Source: an archaeon
GTDB lineage: Archaea; Nanobdellota; Nanobdellia; Woesearchaeales; GCA-2686295
Assembly (NCBI GenBank): GCA_043822105.1
Contig: JBDRCD010000003.1
Location: forward strand, 870-64,869
Reading direction: 5' to 3'
DNA: 64,000 nucleotides
The notes beneath the pieces were generated by a model. It did no database searches and had not been told where the DNA came from. It saw only the letters and a program-made list of their open reading frames with translations. The position numbers and the translations under genes are program-made. Shown here one piece after another: positions 63,463 through 64,000 of the stretch (positions are counted from its first letter, which is position 1; each line of letters opens with the position of its first letter).

Positions 63463-63481
63463 AATTTGTTCCTCCAAATTA

Positions 63482-63519
63482 TGAGGTCCCAAAAATTTTT
63501 AATTTTTGATACAATCATT
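63482..63519. repeat. 38-nt intergenic repeat, copy 2
   Basis: tgaggtcccaaaaatttttaatttttgatacaatcatt. Matches 11748..11785 at 37 of 38 positions. It lies between the DUF357 stop and the PIN start. Confidence 0.85.
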
Positions 63520-63802
63520 AATCATCTACAGTGAATAACCTAGAATCACTGACTTTAAACAGACCAATCCTTGCACCTGCATCGAGCCAACCATGGGCAT
63601 AGTTAAGTGCGCCATAGGCAAGAACATAATCTCCTTTCTCCCTAAAATGCTTTGCATCGGAGAAATACCTTGTAGCCATGTCTAAGAAATCCTCAGCCTC
63701 TTTTTTTCTATTTTCATCGAGTTTTCCTTGAACTGCATTTAAAGCTTCTTTTGTTATTGAAAAGTATTTGTCAAGCTTTTCATCAGTAATTTTATTGTTC
63801 AT
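63518..63802 (-). CDS. DUF357 family protein
   Basis: EDFLDMATRYFSDAKHFREKGDYVLAYGALNYAHGWLDAGARIGL. Start refined to MNNKITD. Confidence 0.7.
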   Translation of the reverse strand: MNNKITDEKLDKYFSITKEALNAVQGKLDENRKKEAEDFLDMATRYFSDAKHFREKGDYVLAYGALNYAHGWLDAGARIGLFKVSDSRLFTVDD

Positions 63803-63867
63803 GATGAGAAAGAGGGAGTGAGAGTATAAAAAAGTTTGGAAATTCTTAAACTCTTTCTGTGGTTTCA

Positions 63868-64000
63868 TTAAATAGATTTTGTTATATCAAATTTTTTGTG
63901 TAATCTAGTAACAATTCCTACAATATTAGTTTTTCCTCTATGATCTTGACCGAGACCGGCAATCATTTTATCATATGCTTCATTTTCGCTTATTACGGAT
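63868..64000 (-). CDS. C-terminal end of an unidentified protein (partial, runs off the right edge)
   Basis: My translation reads ...SVISENEAYDKMIAGLGQDHRGKTNIVGIVTRLHKKFDITKSI*. The open frame reaches the window edge. Confidence 0.35.
   Translation of the reverse strand, partial: SVISENEAYDKMIAGLGQDHRGKTNIVGIVTRLHKKFDITKSI

Noticed and set aside
1-64000. Possible CRISPR array or rRNA genes somewhere in the window
   Set aside because: I found no regularly spaced direct repeats with unique spacers. The repeats seen are isolated palindromes or two-copy elements. No long non-coding GC-enriched stretch compatible with 16S, 23S or 5S rRNA is present, because nearly all sequence is covered by plausible ORFs or tRNAs.

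Overview
This is a visibly AT-rich, tightly packed window. I read it as an archaeal chromosome fragment, most likely from a small-genome DPANN-type archaeon. The archaeal markers are Alba, ribosomal protein S17e, Cbf5, SepF, deoxyhypusine synthase, archaeal-type GluRS, DUF357, and tRNA genes with long anticodon-loop introns.

Most of the window is housekeeping:
- argS, gltX and serS
- a pdaD-speB-dys operon
- ion channels and transporters (two MscS, CorA, CPA2 antiporter, MFS, COG0701 permease)
- LemA-HtpX, SelU, Dus, Cbf5
- five tRNA or tRNA-like genes

The most unusual region is a ~15.4 kb island (44116..59512) built from two divergent operons separated by a 52-bp palindrome-bearing promoter region.
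- Minus strand: an 813-aa protein with a Cas4/RecB-like Fe-S nuclease C-terminus; an 814-aa LDH/MDH-like domain fused to a beta-rich domain; a PP2C phosphatase; a eukaryotic-like Ser/Thr kinase; and four tandem TPR paralogs that all start with a conserved GGIEKKIKNR peptide.
- Plus strand: a 1007-aa family-B-polymerase-like protein that keeps its exonuclease motifs but lacks canonical polymerase motifs, followed by a short Rad50/SbcC-like zinc-hook ATPase with no Mre11.
I cannot assign this combination to any described system.

Other notable points:
- Duplicated tRNA-Ala(CGC) copies bracket a 2H-phosphoesterase gene, and the second copy has a mispaired acceptor stem.
- A conserved ~55-60 nt structured element sits next to two tRNA genes, each time with a degenerate duplicate of the tRNA 3-prime end.
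- A family of AT-rich intergenic palindromes includes a 38-nt repeat present twice, 52 kb apart.
- Several bacterial-type genes appear in an archaeal context: an ECF sigma-70-like factor, an MltB-like lytic transglycosylase, and a single-chain SelU.
- An orphan EncFtn and a stand-alone WWDYG (AglB C-terminal-like) lipoprotein are present.
- Three apparent one-nucleotide frameshifts occur, two of them in A-runs.
- The left edge carries a mobile-element-like ATPase module.

I saw no rRNA and no CRISPR array.
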